Positions 34,642-37,981 of a DNA stretch of 37,981 bases are shown here, in pieces. Position 1 is the stretch's first letter. Each line of letters begins with the position of its first letter. Source of the stretch: a virus (Duplodnaviria; Caudoviricetes); the IMG/VR virus record IMGVR_UViG_3300048850_000072, positions 1 through 37,981 of that record; one strand, given 5' to 3'. The notes under the pieces were generated by a model. That model saw only the letters and a program-made list of their open reading frames with translations. It was not told the DNA's origin and did not search any database. Both the position numbers and the translations under genes were made by a program.

Positions 34642-35858
34642 TGCGATACGCGACCTTCGGCTGGCGCAACTGGCTGCTGGAAGCCCTGTTGACCGCCGGC
34701 AATCAGGTGGCTGACCTGAACGTCGGCCAGCTGCAGAACGACCAGGGCAGCCCGGCGACGGCCTGGCAGACCAACGCCGGCGTGCTGACACCGGAGGCCG
34801 GCGCCTGGATGCGGGCCTCGCTGCCGGCGGCGCAGTCATGGGGTGCGCTGGCGCTATGCCGCACCAATCTGACGGCGGCGGCGCAGGTGCGCTGGCGGAT
34901 CGGTGGCCCCGCCATGCTGGCGGCGCGATCGACCCCGTCGACCGATACCGCTGCGGGAGCGGGAGCGGGCCAGGGGGCCGCAACGACCAGGACCGGCAGC
35001 GTCTCGGGCGGCACGGCCTACACCAATGCGGCTGGAACCAGCTTCGTGCGACCCGGCACGCCTACGGTGGTCGGCGGGTACAGCTATGCGATCACCGCGG
35101 CGATCCGCCGCACCAGCGCCGGCAGCAGCACCGCCGGAAGCGCGATCATCGCCGAGTACCGCGACACGGCCGGGGCTTTGGTTCGCAGCCGGCTGCCGAT
35201 GACGGCGCTGCTGCCGACCACGGACTGGCAGCAACTCAGTTTGCGCTTCACGCCCCCCGTCTCTGGCGGCTGCAACATCTACCTGGCGGCCGATACCGGC
35301 GCCCTGCAGTACGAGCTGGGGGCGGCGACCTTCGGCCAAGTGCCGGAGCTGGACACCGGCCTGATCGCCGCGAACGTGCAGCCCGGCTACCTACAGACCG
35401 TGCTGGTGCCGCCGGCGACACCGGTCGGCACGCTGTGCCAGCTGGACATCAGCGACCCGTCGAATCCGGACGGCTTCTTGAACGTGCCGCTGGCCTATGC
35501 CGGCCAGGCCTGGACATCGGCGCGCAACATCACGTCGAGCAGCGCTCCTGGTGCAACAGCCGAGGTGGACGAGGTGGTGACGCGCGGTGGTCAGGAATGG
35601 CCATCCATGCGCTTCGCGCGGCGGCACTGGCAGGTCAGTCACCAATCGATCCTGGCCGGCGAAGTCTGGTCGCAACTCGGTGAGATGCTCCGCGTCGCGC
35701 AGCGCGGCGGCAACGTGCTGTTCGTGCCGGATCCGGACAGCGCCGAGATCAACCGCGAGGCGGTGCTCGGCCGCCTGACCAGCCAGTCCGACCGGACCAA
35801 CACAACGCCCGCCGGCGAACTACGCGGCTGGAGCGGCAAGATAGCGGAGCGCCTGTAG
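34641..35858 (+). CDS. Distal-tail-like protein with a possible carbohydrate-binding insertion
   Basis: TGATG coupling at 34641; central TDWQQLSLRFTPP beta-sandwich-like segment; C-terminal TRGGQEW...VLFVPDPD. Confidence 0.6.
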   Translation: MRYATFGWRNWLLEALLTAGNQVADLNVGQLQNDQGSPATAWQTNAGVLTPEAGAWMRASLPAAQSWGALALCRTNLTAAAQVRWRIGGPAMLAARSTPSTDTAAGAGAGQGAATTRTGSVSGGTAYTNAAGTSFVRPGTPTVVGGYSYAITAAIRRTSAGSSTAGSAIIAEYRDTAGALVRSRLPMTALLPTTDWQQLSLRFTPPVSGGCNIYLAADTGALQYELGAATFGQVPELDTGLIAANVQPGYLQTVLVPPATPVGTLCQLDISDPSNPDGFLNVPLAYAGQAWTSARNITSSSAPGATAEVDEVVTRGGQEWPSMRFARRHWQVSHQSILAGEVWSQLGEMLRVAQRGGNVLFVPDPDSAEINREAVLGRLTSQSDRTNTTPAGELRGWSGKIAERL

Positions 35859-36605
35859 ATGCTGGGCAACCTGATCCAGGAGGCCGCGAACAATCCCGGC
35901 AGCGCCATCGATGTGACGCTGCTAGGGCCATCTGCGGGGCGCCGTTCCTTCGGCAGCAAGTTCTCGTCTGGTGCGGTGCCGTTCTACGGCTTGCACGATG
36001 GCACGCAGTGGGAGATCGGTCTCGGCACCTATACCGCCGGGCCGCCCGCCAAGCTGAGCCGTACCACGGTGCTGGACAACAGCCAGGGCAACACGGCGCG
36101 GCTCAACTTCGTCGGCGCGGTGACCGTCTACAACGACCTGCCGGCCGAGCGCGCGGTCTTCATCGGCAGCAACGGCAAGATCCCGCCGGCGGTCCTGCCC
36201 ATATTCAGCACCGTGGCGGATAACGCCTGGGCTGGCGCCTACGATCTCGGCACCTCGGATACCGACTTCTTCGGCATTCCCGTTCCGGACGGCACGCACC
36301 GCATCCTCGGGACCATGAGCGCCCGAGGCGAGAACCAGTCGGCCTTGGTGGCAACCGCGACGATCGACGTAATCTTGCGGGCCTCGGCGACCGGCGCCGA
36401 GCTGCAGCGATCGCGCGGCAACACCGTCTCGGCCGGCAACAACGTGCCGCGCTTCTGGCAGTTGGGTGGACCTTTCAGCTTCGTGGATGACAGCGCCGCC
36501 GGCTTTGTTGGCTGCTCGCTGATCTTCAAGGCGCGCAAGGACGCGGCGCAGGGGCCGTTCAACATCTTCAACTACAACGCAAACGTCCTTCTTTCGCCGA
36601 TCTGA
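35859..36605 (+). CDS. Tail fibre/receptor-binding-like protein
   Basis: N-terminal WEIGLGTY...LSRTTVLDNS...LNF tail-attachment pattern; beta-rich C-terminus. Confidence 0.6.
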   Translation: MLGNLIQEAANNPGSAIDVTLLGPSAGRRSFGSKFSSGAVPFYGLHDGTQWEIGLGTYTAGPPAKLSRTTVLDNSQGNTARLNFVGAVTVYNDLPAERAVFIGSNGKIPPAVLPIFSTVADNAWAGAYDLGTSDTDFFGIPVPDGTHRILGTMSARGENQSALVATATIDVILRASATGAELQRSRGNTVSAGNNVPRFWQLGGPFSFVDDSAAGFVGCSLIFKARKDAAQGPFNIFNYNANVLLSPI

Positions 36606-37114
36606 TGGAGCCGCTCATGGATAGTCCTGCGTCGCCCAGCGCCCGCTATGCCAACAGCGCCGGCACCGACGTCGCCTATGACCCCGGTAACGGCGGCAGC
36701 CTGCAGGCCTTGAAGCCGGATGACCCGCTGCTGATCGGCATCGAGATTGCGCCCTATCCTGTCGACCCACGCCTCGCAGTGATGGCGGCGTGGCAGGCGC
36801 GGCTGGATCTCGGGCTGCCGCTGGTCGACGGCCGCGCGGTGCAACTGGATCCCGCAAGCCGCGAGGCGCTGAGCAGCTCGGCCGCCATGGCGCAGCTCGG
36901 CGGCCTGCCGGAGGGCTTCGGCTGGCGCCTGGCTGACAACAGCACGTTGGCGCTGGACACCCCCGCCGTGCTGCGCCTCGCGGTCGCGGCGGGGCGGCAC
37001 TACTTCGCCTTGTTCGCCGCTCGCTCGGCGTTGCTGGACGCGGTCGCGGCCGGCCAGGTGGCCGACCCGACGCAGGGCTGGCCCGAGCTGCCGGCCTTCG
37101 ACCCGGCGGGCTGA
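36605..37114 (+). CDS. Tail-fibre-associated protein (DUF4376-like; start may be 36617)
   Basis: VQLDPASREAL...WRLADNSTLALD...GWP pattern; follows the fibre gene. Confidence 0.65.
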   Translation: MEPLMDSPASPSARYANSAGTDVAYDPGNGGSLQALKPDDPLLIGIEIAPYPVDPRLAVMAAWQARLDLGLPLVDGRAVQLDPASREALSSSAAMAQLGGLPEGFGWRLADNSTLALDTPAVLRLAVAAGRHYFALFAARSALLDAVAAGQVADPTQGWPELPAFDPAG

Positions 37115-37156
37115 CGCCCGCCTCCTGAGAACCTCGGACGATCTGGAGTACCCGCC

Positions 37157-37951
37157 ATGTCAGGCAGCTTGCCTGCAGACGTGATCCTAGAAGCGCGCGT
37201 GGGCGTTGGCCCGGTCGCGGGCCGCCGCCGCATCTCTCTCGGCTCGGACGCCATCATCTCGGTCACCGTGCTGGACAGCCAGACCCGCAAGCCGCTCGCC
37301 GGCGCCACGGGGCAGAGCGCGCTCTACTGGCTGCCCGGCACGGTCGGCGACCTGAGTGTGGCGCAGCCGCTGGTGCCGATCGAAGCGGCGCCGGGTGACT
37401 GGCGCATGACGGTGCCGGGGCGGATCCCCGGCTCGCATGTCACATGGTTCTCGATCGAGCGACCGGTGCGCAAGACGGTGGTGCTGGTCTTCGATGTCGG
37501 CTCAGCGGGACAGCTGTCACTGACCGGCACACGGACTATCCCGTGGAGCAACATCGAGGCTGTGGCTGCTGCCGCCGGCGCTAGCGCGGCGCTCGCTGAG
37601 ATCGGGCAGATCACCGCGGAGCATGTCCGTGCCGCCGTGGCCGAGGCGGTGGCCGCCGCCGTGCAGGAAATCGGCGAGGCGGCAGCCAAGGCAGCCACGG
37701 CGGCCGTCGCTGCGCAGCTGGACGACAAGGCCACCAAGGAATCCGTCGAGGCCTTGGGGAAGGAAGTCGACGCCAAGGCTGATGCCGATGCGATCGATGA
37801 GGTGCTGACCAGGCTGAGCGAACGCATCGCCGGGCTGGAGGGCGCAGGGCCGGTAGCGCCGCAGCTGACAGCCCTGGCGATCGCCAAGGCGTTCGGCGCT
37901 CCCGTCTTCGACTTTTCTGAGCCGCGCAACAGCGCGCTCCTTACCCTCTAG
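37157..37951 (+). CDS. Hypothetical tail-associated protein (beta N-domain plus Ala-rich coiled coil)
   Basis: GGAG RBS; 264 aa; located in the tail module. Confidence 0.6.
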   Translation: MSGSLPADVILEARVGVGPVAGRRRISLGSDAIISVTVLDSQTRKPLAGATGQSALYWLPGTVGDLSVAQPLVPIEAAPGDWRMTVPGRIPGSHVTWFSIERPVRKTVVLVFDVGSAGQLSLTGTRTIPWSNIEAVAAAAGASAALAEIGQITAEHVRAAVAEAVAAAVQEIGEAAAKAATAAVAAQLDDKATKESVEALGKEVDAKADADAIDEVLTRLSERIAGLEGAGPVAPQLTALAIAKAFGAPVFDFSEPRNSALLTL

Positions 37952-37961
37952 GGGATAATCC

Positions 37962-37981
37962 ATGGGCGAAGCATCGTTCCC
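37962..37981 (+). CDS. Start of the next gene (truncated by the window edge)
   Basis: GGGGA RBS, then ATG GGC GAA GCA TCG TTC. Confidence 0.4.

Larger units (their letters stand above)
116..37981. mobile_element. Temperate siphovirus-like (HK97-fold head) prophage, left part; continues past the window
   Basis: Integrase directly abuts the tRNA 3' end, followed by complete lysogeny, replication, packaging, head and tail modules in lambdoid order; no sheath or baseplate wedge genes recognised. Confidence 0.95.

Noticed and set aside
16017-37951. Gene transfer agent interpretation
   Set aside because: Integrase, excisionase, immunity switch, replication origin and HNH-terminase module indicate a genuine temperate phage
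1-37981. CRISPR array, diversity-generating retroelement, retron or IS element
   Set aside because: No repeat-spacer array, reverse transcriptase, TR/VR pair or transposase seen in this window

Overview
This window is the left ~38 kb of an apparently intact temperate siphovirus-type prophage integrated next to a complete tRNA-Arg(ACG) gene (39-115). The high GC content and gene content point to an alphaproteobacterial host, probably Rhodospirillales/Acetobacteraceae-like. Gene order: tyrosine integrase and excisionase; a leftward early operon that includes a PEP-CTERM-tailed protein and a MarR-type regulator; an immunity switch (short XRE repressor with no peptidase domain, Cro, five TCAG-N5-CTGA operators, and a perfect alphaproteobacterial LexA box at the 3' end of the repressor gene); a CII-like protein; an orphan DNA methyltransferase; a replication initiator with an internal iteron array; a putative late-gene regulator; an inserted lower-GC ParB/HEPN-like plus Dam-type methyltransferase cassette (candidate anti-phage system); a late promoter and terminator; a membrane moron; a serine recombinase; HNH, terminases and an HK97-type head module; then a non-contractile tail module with a -1 frameshift chaperone and a 1883-aa tape measure protein carrying an SLT domain. 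No lysis genes or attR are visible, so they are presumably beyond the right edge. All family assignments come from motif recognition by eye; no database searches were run.
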